Assembly (NCBI GenBank): GCA_038233055.1
Contig: JBBSMS010000002.1
Span: 17,468-81,467 of the forward strand
From: Nitriliruptorales bacterium
GTDB taxonomy: Bacteria > Actinomycetota > Nitriliruptoria > Nitriliruptorales > Nitriliruptoraceae
Length of the DNA stretch: 64,000 nt
Direction of reading: 5' to 3'
This document shows, piece after piece, positions 40,519 through 50,958 of this stretch. The notes beneath the pieces are model-generated. The model had not been told where the DNA came from. It did not search any database and saw only the letters and a list, made by a program, of their open reading frames with translations. Made by a program: the position numbers and the translations under genes. Numbering within the stretch: the stretch's first letter is position 1; each line of letters starts with the position of its first letter.

Positions 40519-41955
40519 ATGGCCCGCAGTGAGCCGTCGCGGGAATGGAGCCGCGACCGCGTGCGCAGCGGGCGGGGTCCGGTCGGGGTCGATCGGCGAG
40601 GTGGCCACCCGCTGCTGCCGGCCTTCCTGCAGCGACCATTCAGCCCGGCCCAGTTGGTGGCGGCGTCCTTCATCGGGCTGATCCTGGCCGGGACGCTGCT
40701 CCTGTGGCTGCCGATCTCCCACGGCGACCAGTCCCAGGACTTCCTCGACTCCCTGTTCACCGCGACGTCGGCGGTGTGCGTGACGGGGCTGATCGTCGTC
40801 GACACCGGGAGTGCATGGAGCCCGGTCGGGCAGGCAGTCATCCTGTTGCTGATCCAGTTGGGCGGACTGGGGATCCTGACCTTCGGCACCCTGCTGGCGG
40901 TGGCCACCGGGCGGAGGCTGGGCTTCGGCCACCAGTTGCGGGTGCAGGAACAGGTCCGAGCAGTCGACCTGGGCAGCCTCGGGCGCCTACTGCGGGCGAT
41001 CATGGTGATCGTGTTCGGGACGGAACTGGTCGGGGCGTTGCTGCTGTACGGCCCGATGGCGGCCGACGTCGGGCCGGTGCGGGGTGTGTGGCACGCGGTG
41101 TTCCACAGCGTGAGTGCCTTCAACAACGCCGGCTTCGCGCTGTACCCGGACAGCCTCACCCGCTACGCCGCCAACTGGCCGGTGTCGCTGGTGATCATGA
41201 CGTTGATCGTGCTGGGCGGGTTGGGGTTCGTCGTGATCGTCAACCTCGAACAGCGCCTGAGGGCCACCCGGCGGGTGCGACTGACGCTGCACACGCGGAT
41301 GGCGCTGGCCATCACGGCGTTCCTGATCGCCGCCAGCTTCGTGATCCTGTTGGTCTTCGAGTGGAACAACCCGGCCACGATCGGCGGGTTGCCACTGCAC
41401 GAGCGCCTGCTGACGACGCTGTTCCAGGCGGTCACGCCCCGCACTGCCGGGTTCAACAGCCTCGACTATGCCCAGATGGTGCCCGCCAGCCTGGTGCTGA
41501 CGATCCTGCTGATGTTCATCGGCGGCAACCCCGGGTCGACCGCCGGCGGCATCAAGACCGTGACCTTCTACGTGCTGGTGCTGGGCGTGTGGAGCGTCGT
41601 GCGCGGCCAGCCCGAGGCAACGGTCTTCGGGCGTCGGCTGCACACCCGCACGGTCGTGCGGGCCGGCGCGATCGTCAGTGGCGCCGTCCTGCTCGCGGGG
41701 GCGGCCCTGACCCTGCTGGCCCTGGTCGAACCCGACATCGAGTTCCTCGCGCTGATGTTCGAAACGGTGTCCGCGCTCGGTACGGTCGGGCTGTCGTTGG
41801 GAATCACCGACGACCTCGGCAGTTCCGGGAAGGCCGTCATCATCGCGCTCATGTACCTCGGTCGGATCGGGTTCCTGACGTTCGCCCTGGCGCTGGTCGA
41901 CCAGCAGCCGCGCGGACGCGGACGCCTGCTGCCCGAAGAAGTGGTGATCGGCTGA
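40519..41955 (+). CDS. Trk/Ktr potassium uptake membrane subunit (KtrB/TrkH family)
   Basis: Four pore loops: SAVCVTGL, AFNNAGF, PRTAGF and ALGTVGL. Confidence 0.93.
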   Translation: MARSEPSREWSRDRVRSGRGPVGVDRRGGHPLLPAFLQRPFSPAQLVAASFIGLILAGTLLLWLPISHGDQSQDFLDSLFTATSAVCVTGLIVVDTGSAWSPVGQAVILLLIQLGGLGILTFGTLLAVATGRRLGFGHQLRVQEQVRAVDLGSLGRLLRAIMVIVFGTELVGALLLYGPMAADVGPVRGVWHAVFHSVSAFNNAGFALYPDSLTRYAANWPVSLVIMTLIVLGGLGFVVIVNLEQRLRATRRVRLTLHTRMALAITAFLIAASFVILLVFEWNNPATIGGLPLHERLLTTLFQAVTPRTAGFNSLDYAQMVPASLVLTILLMFIGGNPGSTAGGIKTVTFYVLVLGVWSVVRGQPEATVFGRRLHTRTVVRAGAIVSGAVLLAGAALTLLALVEPDIEFLALMFETVSALGTVGLSLGITDDLGSSGKAVIIALMYLGRIGFLTFALALVDQQPRGRGRLLPEEVVIG

Positions 41956-42611
41956 TGCGCAGCCAGTTCCTGGTCATCGGGACCGGCCGCTTCGGGTCGT
42001 CGATCGCGACTGCTCTGCATGACTTCGGGCACGAGGTCGTGGCGATCGACGAGCTGGAAGAAGCCCTCGAGCCCATCATGCAGCAGGTCACCCACGCCGT
42101 GGTCATGGACGCCACCGACGAGGAGGGCCTGCGCAAGCTCGGGATTCGCGCGTTCGACACCGTGGTGGTGGCGATCGGCGAAAACCTCGAGGCCAGCATC
42201 CTGGCCACCGTCGCCGCCAAGTCCGCCGGAGCCCGCTACGTCATCAGCAAGGCGAACGGACAACTGTCGGCGCGCGTGCTGGCCAGCGTCGGGGCCGACG
42301 AGGTGGTGCGACCGGAACACGACATGGGCCGCCGCCTGGCGCGCCAGTTGGCCAGTCCGACAGAGGTGTCGGCGCTGGAACTGGGCCGCGACCACACCGT
42401 GGTGGAGATGGAGGCGACCAAGGCGCTGGCCGGCACGCTGGAGGCGTTGCGGCTGCCCAAGAAGTTCGGGGTCCAGGTCATGGCCGTGCACCGTGATGAC
42501 GACATCGTGGTCAACCCCGGTGCCGACTTCGAGGTCCGCCCCAGCGACCGCATCGTGGTGCTGGGCCACAACGACGACCTCAACCGGCTCCGCGAGGAAC
42601 TCGCCGGCTGA
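41955..42611 (+). CDS. Ktr/TrkA-family RCK regulatory subunit
   Basis: VIGTGRFG nucleotide-binding motif, RCK_N plus RCK_C; TGATG coupling. Confidence 0.93.
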   Translation: MRSQFLVIGTGRFGSSIATALHDFGHEVVAIDELEEALEPIMQQVTHAVVMDATDEEGLRKLGIRAFDTVVVAIGENLEASILATVAAKSAGARYVISKANGQLSARVLASVGADEVVRPEHDMGRRLARQLASPTEVSALELGRDHTVVEMEATKALAGTLEALRLPKKFGVQVMAVHRDDDIVVNPGADFEVRPSDRIVVLGHNDDLNRLREELAG

Positions 42612-42641
42612 CGCGCACGCTGGACCGAGAAGGGGCGCGAC

Positions 42642-43691
42642 ATGGCGAACTGGCGAACGGACGGACGCACCATCCCGGTGGTGTGCCTCGCACTCCTGTT
42701 CGGTGGGTTGGTGGTCGACCTCAACACGAACCAGGCCCTGGTGGTGGCGATCATCTACGCCATCCCGATCGCCATCTCGGGCCTGATGTCGTCGAGCACC
42801 CTGACCTGGTGGTGCATCGGCCTGGCGGTACTCGCCAACATCGCGGCCGGGTACGACAACATCTCGACCTTCGGCATCGTCGACGGCATCACGATCCTGA
42901 ACCGCCTGCTGGCCGGGCTGTCGTTCCTGCTGATCGGCGTGATGACGCTGCTGTTCGAGTCCACGTCAGAAGAGGTCGAGCACCTGTCCGAGGCCGAGGA
43001 GGAAAGCGAACGCCAGCGACGCCTGCGGAAGTTCATGGTCGACCTGAGCGGCCCGCTGGAGCCCGAGGAACTGATGCAGCGGGCCGTGTCCGGACTGCGT
43101 CGACTGCTGGGGGCGGATGCCGTGGTGGCGGCCGGTCTGGACGGCGCGCGCTTCGCCGAACCGCGCTGGGCCGACCCGGCCGCCTCGGACCTCGCCGCCA
43201 CCGGGACGATGGCGTCGTGGGCGGTCGACGCGTTGCCGATCACCGACCGACCGGTGATCGCGGTGCGCTCGGACCAGGGGATGATGAGCGTCGGCCGCTG
43301 GCGCTGCGAGTCGTCGAACGACCTGATCGTGCTGGTCGCGCGGCCCGACCGCCGTCGCGCCGCCGGGGTGCTGGGCGACGCCCTGTCGGTGCTGGACCCG
43401 ATCCGCGAACGGGCGATCGAACTGCGCCAGGCGCGGCGGGGCGAGTGGGAACCGCCGGCCGACGAGGACCTGGTCGTGCCGATCCTGGCCGATGCGGCGG
43501 CCGGTGGGGGAGTGATCGTTGGCGGAGACGATCGCGACCCGGGGGACGACGACGGGACGGATCCGCCGTCCTCGCCGACCGGACGGGCTCCCGACGACCC
43601 GGTCGCCCACCCCGCCCTCGAGATCGACCACGACGACGAGCCCGACGACCCGGGTGGCCTGCTCGTGGACCAGGTGAACCGCGGCGGCTGA
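42642..43691 (+). CDS. Membrane sensor-like protein (4 TM, coiled coil, GAF-like) with no output domain
   Basis: Four hydrophobic helices ending NRLLAG, then a charged helix, a GAF-like segment and an acidic Pro-rich tail. Confidence 0.6.
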   Translation: MANWRTDGRTIPVVCLALLFGGLVVDLNTNQALVVAIIYAIPIAISGLMSSSTLTWWCIGLAVLANIAAGYDNISTFGIVDGITILNRLLAGLSFLLIGVMTLLFESTSEEVEHLSEAEEESERQRRLRKFMVDLSGPLEPEELMQRAVSGLRRLLGADAVVAAGLDGARFAEPRWADPAASDLAATGTMASWAVDALPITDRPVIAVRSDQGMMSVGRWRCESSNDLIVLVARPDRRRAAGVLGDALSVLDPIRERAIELRQARRGEWEPPADEDLVVPILADAAAGGGVIVGGDDRDPGDDDGTDPPSSPTGRAPDDPVAHPALEIDHDDEPDDPGGLLVDQVNRGG

Positions 43692-43794
43692 CGGGCGCCC
43701 GCCGGCCGCGGCCCGGCCTCCCCGCCGCGACCGTGCCCCACACCTACCATCGCCGGCGATCGGTCAGACGTCGGCCGACGGTCGAGGAGCCACG

Positions 43795-44490
43795 ATGGTC
43801 TGGGTGCTGGTCGGGATCGGCTTGGTCGTGGCGGTGGGTGTGTTCGTGGCCGTCACCTACAACGCCCTGGTCCGGTTGCGCAACAAGTCCGAGGAGGCGT
43901 GGTCGGGCATCGACGTCCAGTTGCAGCGCCGGGCGGACCTCGTGCCCAACCTGGTGGAGGTCGTCAAGAGCTACGCCAGCCACGAGCGCGAGACGTTCGA
44001 GGAGGTCACGCGCGCCCGACGGGCCGTGGTGGCGGCCTCGGGGCCCGCGGAGGCCGAGGCCGCCGACGGGATGCTGGTGGCGGCGCTGCGACGCCTGTTC
44101 ATCGTGGCCGAGGACTATCCGGACCTGCAGGCATCGGACAACTTCCTGGCCCTGCAACGCCAACTGGCCGTGCTGGAGGAAGACCTCGCGTTCTCCCGGC
44201 GATACCACAACGCGGTGGTGGAGGACCTCAACACCCGAGTCGAGACCTTCCCGTCGGTCCTGGTGGCGGGACCGCTGGGCTTCCAGCGCAAGCCGTACTT
44301 CGAGGCCGGCCAGGACGAGCGCAGCGTCCCCCGCGTCGACCTCGACGCCCCCGAGACCGCCACGGCTGCTCCGGGTGGGCCGGCCGGCGGCACGACCGCA
44401 ACGCCGGTGTCCACCGAACCGTCGAACCCCGGGGACGGTGGTGGCGAGCCACCAGCCGACGAGGCCTCATGGCCGGAGGCGTCGGCATGA
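43795..44490 (+). CDS. lemA: LemA family protein
   Basis: YNALV.LRN..EEAWS.IDVQL.RR.DL.PNLV..VK.YA.HE; AEDYPDL.AS.NFL.LQ. Confidence 0.93.
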   Translation: MVWVLVGIGLVVAVGVFVAVTYNALVRLRNKSEEAWSGIDVQLQRRADLVPNLVEVVKSYASHERETFEEVTRARRAVVAASGPAEAEAADGMLVAALRRLFIVAEDYPDLQASDNFLALQRQLAVLEEDLAFSRRYHNAVVEDLNTRVETFPSVLVAGPLGFQRKPYFEAGQDERSVPRVDLDAPETATAAPGGPAGGTTATPVSTEPSNPGDGGGEPPADEASWPEASA

Positions 44491-46382
44491 CCGCCGGGAC
44501 GGGCCGGAGAAGGACGGCTGCCCACCGGGCCGCGCTGGTCGCGTTGGCCGCGTTGGCTGCGGCGTCCCTGGTCGTCGCCGGTTCGTGGGCACCGGCCGCG
44601 CACGCACAAGAGTCCGGGCCGTGGCGGATCACCGACTACGACGTCGAGATCGATGTGCAGGACGACTCCACCCTGGCCGTCACCGAGCGCATCGAGGTCT
44701 TCTTCGACGGCGACCAGCGCGGGATCCTGCGCTACTGGGACGTCTACGAGTCGTTGCCCGAACCGCTGCCGCCCGAATCCACGATCCAACTGGACGGCGA
44801 CCCCGCCGACTACCAGCGCGTGACCGAGATCGACGACATCGTGGTGTCGTCGCCGTCCGGAGCCCCGAGCGACGTGGACCTGTCGACGTCCGGTGACGAA
44901 CTGACCGCGCGGATCGGGGATCCGGACATCTTCGTGACCGACCGGCAGTCCTACGTGATCCAGTACACGGTGCGTGGCGGGATGAACGCCTTCACCGACC
45001 ACGACGAGCTCTACTGGGACCCGATCGGCTCCTGGGGCGTGGAGGTCCAGGACCTCGAGGTGCGGGTGACGGCCCCTGGGATCCAGCAGGTCGCGTGCTA
45101 CGCCGGGTCGGCCGGCACGTCGGACGTCACCTGCCCGATCAAGCAGGACGGTGACACTGCGACCTTCGCGTTCGGGCGACTGGCCCCGGAAGCCTTCCCG
45201 TCGGTGGTGGCGGGCCTCGAACCCGGTGCGGTCGACGTGTCGCAACCGATCCTGCGTCGGCGGCCCGGCCCCACCCAGGCCCTGGTCGGCAACCCCTGGT
45301 CGGTCCCGGGCAGCGCACTGGTCTTCGTCGCAGGGTTCGCGCTGGCGTTCTCGCGGCTCTGGCGCACGGGCCGCGACCGCCAGGCGGTCGGCGGCGTCAC
45401 GGCCGCCGGCGCGATCCGTTCCGACGCCGAGGGACGTCGCCGCGGGCTGTTCGACACCCCGCCCGTGCCGGTGCTGTTCCGACCCCCGAACGACCTCCGG
45501 CCGGGCGTGCTGGGGGTGATCATCGACGAACGGGTCGATCCCGTCGACGTGTCGGCGTCGATCGTCGACCTCGCCACGCGGGGGTACCTGACCATCACCG
45601 AGGCCCCCGGGACGGGCTGGTTCTCCAAGGACGACTGGCACCTGTCGCGAGTCCCGGGCGTCGACATGGGCGTGTTGGCGGCCTGGGAGTCGGAACTGCT
45701 CGACGGACTGTTCGACGACCGGACCATGGTCACGGTGACCGAGCTCAAGGGCACGTTCTCCGGTACCTACCAGAAGGTGTCGACCATGCTCTACGACACC
45801 GTGACCAGCAACGGCTGGTTCCGTCGGGACCCGTCGTCGGCCCGGACCATCTGGGTCGTCATCGGGCTGGTGCTGGCAGCCCTCGGCTTCGCGTCGTTCT
45901 TCCTGCTCATGGTGCCCGGGTTGGGCGCGATCAGCGTCGCGCTGTTCCTGGTCGGGGTGCTGGTCGCCATCCTGAGCCGGTGGGCGCCGGCCCGCACGCC
46001 CTCCGGGTCCCGGTTGCTCGTCGACACGATGGGTTTCCGCGAGTTCATCGAGCGTGCCGAGGCCGACCGCATGGACTTCGCGGAGAAGGAACAGATCTTC
46101 GCCGACTACCTGCCGTATGCGATCGTGTTCGGGGTGGTGGACCGCTGGGCCGAGGCGTTCGCCGACATCGGCGTCGACATCGGTTCGGCGGTCGGGGGCT
46201 ACTACACCGGGGTGGGCGTGTTCGACGCGGTTCGGTTCTCGCACGGGATGAACGCGTTCTCGAACGTGGCGTCGTCCGCGGTGTCGGCCGCCCCGCCGTC
46301 GTCGTCCGGCGGCGGGTCGGGGTTCTCCGGCGGCGGGTTCTCGGGTGGCGGCGGCGGTGGTGGCGGGGGCGGCGCCTGGTAG
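44487..46382 (+). CDS. DUF2207 membrane protein
   Basis: Signal peptide, YTV.G...F.D.DELYW, PP..L.PG..G..IDE, YLPYA..FG...W and a Gly-rich GGGGGGGGAW tail; typical lemA partner. Confidence 0.88.
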   Translation: MTAGTGRRRTAAHRAALVALAALAAASLVVAGSWAPAAHAQESGPWRITDYDVEIDVQDDSTLAVTERIEVFFDGDQRGILRYWDVYESLPEPLPPESTIQLDGDPADYQRVTEIDDIVVSSPSGAPSDVDLSTSGDELTARIGDPDIFVTDRQSYVIQYTVRGGMNAFTDHDELYWDPIGSWGVEVQDLEVRVTAPGIQQVACYAGSAGTSDVTCPIKQDGDTATFAFGRLAPEAFPSVVAGLEPGAVDVSQPILRRRPGPTQALVGNPWSVPGSALVFVAGFALAFSRLWRTGRDRQAVGGVTAAGAIRSDAEGRRRGLFDTPPVPVLFRPPNDLRPGVLGVIIDERVDPVDVSASIVDLATRGYLTITEAPGTGWFSKDDWHLSRVPGVDMGVLAAWESELLDGLFDDRTMVTVTELKGTFSGTYQKVSTMLYDTVTSNGWFRRDPSSARTIWVVIGLVLAALGFASFFLLMVPGLGAISVALFLVGVLVAILSRWAPARTPSGSRLLVDTMGFREFIERAEADRMDFAEKEQIFADYLPYAIVFGVVDRWAEAFADIGVDIGSAVGGYYTGVGVFDAVRFSHGMNAFSNVASSAVSAAPPSSSGGGSGFSGGGFSGGGGGGGGGGAW

Positions 46383-46706
46383 CGAGGGACCTCGCCCTTG
46401 GATCCGGGTCCCCAACGGCGGATCGTCGGCGCGCGGCTCGGACCGGTGGCTTGCTGAACCGGTGAGGACAGCCGAAGGGGCTCCTGCCACACAATCACCA
46501 CGTCGGACACTGGCCGTGTTGCCACCTGTCCGATCGGGTCGTGGCGGTGAAAGTGCACCAGACCTACCGTGAGGACTCGCGAAGGCCACCACCGTCGCTC
46601 CAACGGTCCCCCTCCCATCACCCCCGAGGCGGGTCTCGACCATTGGCACCCCCGATCGTCGACGTGGCTGGCCGTCGCCTCCATCGTTCCCGGCCGAAAG
46701 CCTTTC

Positions 46707-47597
46707 ATGTTCGTTCCGACATCCGCCATCCGACCATCCCTGCAGACCTGGCTCCAGCGTGGATTGGCGCTGACCGCCGCCACTGCCACCGTCGTCGCCT
46801 TGGGCGCCTTCACCAGCCCGGCCGACGCCGGGACGGGGTCCGAGTGGGACCGCCTCGCCCGGTGCGAGTCCGGGGGCAACTGGCAGATCAACACCGGCAA
46901 CGGCTACTACGGGGGACTGCAGTTCGCGAAGCGCTCGTGGGACTGGGCCGGCGGCCGCCAGTACGCCGCCTACCCGCACCAGGCCACCCGTGCCGAGCAG
47001 ATCCGCACCGCCGAGCGCCTGCTGGACCTCCAGAACCTCTCCAACGCATGGCCGTACTGCTCGCGCCACGTGGGCCTGACCCACGCCGAACTTCAGTCCG
47101 GGTCGTTGTCGGATGGCGGGTCGGACAAGGCCACGTCGTCGAAGAAGAATGCCTCGTCGTCGAAGAAGAATGCCTCGTCGTCGGACAAGGCGACGTCGTC
47201 GGAGAAGTCCGCGTCCTCGCGCCCTTCGGGCACCTACCGCGTCCGCTCCGGTGACACCCTGGCCCAGATCGCGTCGCGACTGGACGTCGACGGTGGCTGG
47301 CGCGCGCTGTACCGCGCCAACGACGACCGCGTCTCCGATCCCAACCTCATCAACGTCGGCCAGGTCCTGCGTGTGTCGGGTGCCGCGGAGGCGTCCGAGG
47401 AGGCCACCACGGCCGAGCCGAAGTCGACCCCCGCCGGTTCCGACGACACCTACCGCGTGCGTCGTGGCGACAGTCTCGCCCGGATCGCGCAGTCCGAGGA
47501 CGTCGACGGTGGCTGGTCCGCGCTGTACCGCGCCAACGACGACCGCGTCTCCGATCCCGACCTCATCTACGTCGGCCAGGTCCTGCGCCTGCCCTGA
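46707..47597 (+). CDS. Resuscitation-promoting factor (Rpf lytic transglycosylase) with two LysM domains
   Basis: WDRLARCESGGNW.INTGNGYYGGLQF (catalytic Glu), Ser/Lys linker, two YRVR.GD.L..IA...LY.AN LysM repeats. Confidence 0.93.
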   Translation: MFVPTSAIRPSLQTWLQRGLALTAATATVVALGAFTSPADAGTGSEWDRLARCESGGNWQINTGNGYYGGLQFAKRSWDWAGGRQYAAYPHQATRAEQIRTAERLLDLQNLSNAWPYCSRHVGLTHAELQSGSLSDGGSDKATSSKKNASSSKKNASSSDKATSSEKSASSRPSGTYRVRSGDTLAQIASRLDVDGGWRALYRANDDRVSDPNLINVGQVLRVSGAAEASEEATTAEPKSTPAGSDDTYRVRRGDSLARIAQSEDVDGGWSALYRANDDRVSDPDLIYVGQVLRLP

Positions 47598-47711
47598 CCG
47601 GTCCTGCCCACTCGACGGCCGCGCCCACCCGGGCGCGGCCGTCGTCGTGTCCGGCTGGGTCGACAGCGACCGGCGACGGTCAGTAGGGTGCGACACGACA
47701 GCAGCCCACCA

Positions 47712-47744
47712 TCCTTTAACCGCGGTCCCGTGAGGCCGAGAAGG
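47712..47744 (+). promoter_or_regulatory. PyrR-binding RNA stem-loop
   Basis: TCCTTTAA-CCGCG-GTCCCGTGAGGCC-GAGAAGG fits the CUUUAA...RUCCNGNGAGGY...AGG consensus; lies upstream of pyrR. Confidence 0.85.
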
Positions 47745-47866
47745 AGCCGGCTCGTGCCTTCACGTGCGCCCCGACCAGCAGCCCGACCCGTCGCCGACCC
47801 CGTCACCTCGGGGGTCGGCGTTTCGCATTCCGGCACGACCACCACGGCCAACCGTGCGGTGTGCGC

Positions 47867-48439
47867 ATGACTCGGCTGCTCGACGCCGACGACATCCGCC
47901 GTGCACTGCGCCGCCTCGCCCACGAGATCGTCGAGGCCAACCACGGTGCCGAGAACCTCGTGCTGATGGGGGTGCAGACGCGTGGGGTTCCGCTGGCCCA
48001 GCGGCTGGCCGCCAACATCGAAGCGATCGAGGACCGGGCCGTGCCGCACGGTCCGCTCGACGTGACGCTGTACCGCGACGACGTGGCCTCCCGGCCGGTC
48101 CGCGCGCTCAACGACACCCGCTTCCCGGTCGACGTCAACGGGACCACGGTGGTGATCGTGGACGACGTCCTGTTCACCGGCCGGACCATCCGTGCGGCCA
48201 TGGACGCCATCCTGGACGTCGGGCGTCCCGACGCGATCCGGTTGGTGACCCTGGTCGACCGGGGCCACCGTGAACTGCCCATCCGCGCCGACCACGTGGG
48301 AAAGAACCTCCCGACCGCCCTGGCCGAGCGGATCACGGTGCGGCTCGCCGAGATCGACGACGTCGACGAGGTCGTGCTCGAGGCGGCCGCAGGCGATCGC
48401 CAGTCGGCTGACGCGACGACGAACGGGGCCAGGGCATGA
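47867..48439 (+). CDS. pyrR: Bifunctional pyr operon regulator / uracil PRTase
   Basis: L.RLAHEIVE; LDVTLYRDD; [14 protein letters not shown]; [16 protein letters not shown]. Confidence 0.98.
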   Translation: MTRLLDADDIRRALRRLAHEIVEANHGAENLVLMGVQTRGVPLAQRLAANIEAIEDRAVPHGPLDVTLYRDDVASRPVRALNDTRFPVDVNGTTVVIVDDVLFTGRTIRAAMDAILDVGRPDAIRLVTLVDRGHRELPIRADHVGKNLPTALAERITVRLAEIDDVDEVVLEAAAGDRQSADATTNGARA

Positions 48440-48536
48440 GGCGGTCGACGAAGCAACGTTGCCAGGGTTCCCCCCTCGGGGGGGAGCGAGGCCGCCGTGG
48501 AGGGGTTGGACGGCGGCCGATGGGGAGGGATGTGGC

Positions 48537-49526
48537 ATGAAGGCGAACCGACTGATCGGCATCGACGACCTGGACGCCGACGACCTCGCGCTCGTGCTGG
48601 ACACCGCCGAGGTCATGAACGAGATCTCCTCGCGCCGGATCAAGAAGGTCCCGACCCTGCGGGGGCGGACCGTGTGCAACCTGTTCCTGGAGGACTCGAC
48701 CCGCACGAGGTTGAGCTTCGACATCGCCGCCAAGCGCCTGTCCGCCGACGTGATGAACTTCTCCGCCAAGGGTTCCAGCGTGTCCAAGGGCGAGTCGTTC
48801 AAGGACACCGCCCTGACCCTGGACGCGATGGGAGTCGACGCCGTGGTCGTGCGATCGGGCTCGTCGGGCGCGCCGCTGCAACTCACGCGCCACCTCGACG
48901 TCCCGGTCCTCAACGCCGGCGACGGGTGGCACCAGCACCCGACCCAGGCACTGCTGGACCTCTACACCATGCGCAGCCACTTCGGCCACCTCGAAGGGCT
49001 GACGGTCACGATCTGTGGCGACATCATCCACTCTCGCGTGGCCCGGTCGGAGGTCGAGGCGCTCACCCTCGCCGGCGCGCGGGTCCGGCTGGTCGCACCG
49101 GCCACCCTGTTGCCGCTGGACCTCACGCCGTGGACCGACGCCGGGGACGTCGAGGTCATCACCGACCTCGACGACGCGCTGCCGAACACCGACGTGCTGT
49201 ACCTGCTGCGGGTCCAGCGCGAGCGGATGCACCGGGCGTTCTTCCCCTCGACCCGCGAGTACCACCGGCTCTACGGCATGGACGCCCGCCGACTCGCCGC
49301 GCTGCCCGAGCATGCCATCGTGATGCACCCGGGCCCGATGAACCGGGGTGTCGAGATCACCCCCGACGTGGCGGACTCGCCGCGCGCGCTGATCACCAAC
49401 CAGGTCAACAACGGCATCGCCGTGCGGATGGCGTGCCTGTACCTGCTGATCGCCGGGTCGGAACTGGACGACGACCGGGCCGCCGCCTCAAGCGCCCGGC
49501 CCGCGACCGTGGAGGTGCCGGCGTGA
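48537..49526 (+). CDS. pyrB: Aspartate carbamoyltransferase catalytic subunit
   Basis: F.EDSTRT..SF; [15 protein letters not shown]; MHPGPMNRG. Confidence 0.97.
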   Translation: MKANRLIGIDDLDADDLALVLDTAEVMNEISSRRIKKVPTLRGRTVCNLFLEDSTRTRLSFDIAAKRLSADVMNFSAKGSSVSKGESFKDTALTLDAMGVDAVVVRSGSSGAPLQLTRHLDVPVLNAGDGWHQHPTQALLDLYTMRSHFGHLEGLTVTICGDIIHSRVARSEVEALTLAGARVRLVAPATLLPLDLTPWTDAGDVEVITDLDDALPNTDVLYLLRVQRERMHRAFFPSTREYHRLYGMDARRLAALPEHAIVMHPGPMNRGVEITPDVADSPRALITNQVNNGIAVRMACLYLLIAGSELDDDRAAASSARPATVEVPA

Positions 49527-49572
49527 CCCGGACACGAACGCCGAGAACCACCACCGGCCATGGTCCCAGCCA

Positions 49573-49624
49573 TCGAGTGTGCGGATCCGCCCGACATCCG
49601 GGGCCAATGCGCACACTCGACGTG
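49573..49624. repeat. Intergenic palindromic (REP-like) element, family 2
   Basis: TCGAGTGTGCG...GCGCACACTCGA hairpin between pyrB and pyrC; shares a 16-mer with 8622-8637. Confidence 0.6.
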
Positions 49625-49638
49625 GGGGAGGTGGGGGT

Positions 49639-50958
49639 ATGAGCGGCCTGCTGTTGAAGGCGGGACGGGTCGTGGACCCGGCCAGCGGCCACGACGACAC
49701 GGCCGACGTCCGCATCGACGGCCAGGTCGTCGTCGAGGTGGGCGCGGACCTCGATCCCGACGGGGCCGAGGTGGTCGACTGCGCCGGGCTTTGGGTGCTG
49801 CCCGGGTTCGTCGACCTCCACACCCACCTGCGCGAGCCCGGCTTCGAAGACGCCGAGGACATCGCCACCGGGTCGGCCGCGGCCGCCGCCGGGGGCTACA
49901 CCGCGGTCGCCGCGATGGCCAACACGCTGCCGGTCTGCGACACCGCCGCGGTGGCCGAGATGGTCGCCCGCCGGGGACGTGACGTCGGCCTGGTCGACGT
50001 GCGCCCGGTCGGGGCCATCACGGTCGGGTTGGCGGGGGAGCGGTTGGCCGAGATGGGCGAGTTGTACGACAGCGACGCCCACGTCGACTTCTTCTCCGAC
50101 GACGGCATCCCGGTCACGGACAGCCTGATCATGCGGCGCGCGCTGCAGTACGCCGCGCGCTTCGACGCGGTCATCGCCAACCATTCCCAGGACATGGACC
50201 TCACCGAGGACGCCCAGATGAACGAGGGCCGCATGTCCGCGGTCCTGGGCCTGCCCGGGTGGCCGCACGAAGCCGAGGAGGTCATGATCGCGCGCGACCT
50301 GCTGCTGGCCGCCGGACTGGGCGCCCGGTTGCACGTGCCGCACGTGTCCACCGCCGGCAGCGTCGACCTCATCCGCCTGGCCAGGGAGCGCGGTGTGCGC
50401 GTGACGGCCGAGGTCACTCCGCACCACCTCCACCTCGACGACACCGTGGTCGCCAGCTACGACCCGGTGTTCAAGGTCAACCCGCCGGTCCGCACCACGG
50501 CCGACATCGCCGCCCTGCGCGCGGCCCTGGCCGATGGGACCATCGACGCGGTCGCGACCGACCATGCCCCGCACCCGCACGAGCAGAAGGACCAGGAGTG
50601 GGACCACGCCCCGTGCGGGATGCTGGGGTTGGAGACCGCCTTCGCACTGGTGGTCACCGACCTGGTGGCCACCGACGACCTGTCGCTGCTGGACGCCGCG
50701 GCGCGCTTCACCACCGGCCCGGCCGGAGTGCGGGACATGGGCGGCCACGGGGGACCGATCGCCTCGGACGCCCCCGCCAACCTCACCGTCGTCGACCCGG
50801 ACGCCACCTGGACCGTCGATGGCCGGGCGTTGCACTCGCGCGCCCACAACACCCCGTTCCACGGCGAGGAACTGTCCTCCCGGCCCGTCCACACCCTGCT
50901 GCGCGGCGCCTTCACGTTCCGCGACGGCGTCGTCGCCGATGCGAAGGTGGACGCGTGA
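49639..50958 (+). CDS. pyrC: Dihydroorotase
   Basis: PGFVDLHTHLREPG; HVPHVST; EVTPHHL; ATDHAPH. Confidence 0.96.
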   Translation: MSGLLLKAGRVVDPASGHDDTADVRIDGQVVVEVGADLDPDGAEVVDCAGLWVLPGFVDLHTHLREPGFEDAEDIATGSAAAAAGGYTAVAAMANTLPVCDTAAVAEMVARRGRDVGLVDVRPVGAITVGLAGERLAEMGELYDSDAHVDFFSDDGIPVTDSLIMRRALQYAARFDAVIANHSQDMDLTEDAQMNEGRMSAVLGLPGWPHEAEEVMIARDLLLAAGLGARLHVPHVSTAGSVDLIRLARERGVRVTAEVTPHHLHLDDTVVASYDPVFKVNPPVRTTADIAALRAALADGTIDAVATDHAPHPHEQKDQEWDHAPCGMLGLETAFALVVTDLVATDDLSLLDAAARFTTGPAGVRDMGGHGGPIASDAPANLTVVDPDATWTVDGRALHSRAHNTPFHGEELSSRPVHTLLRGAFTFRDGVVADAKVDA

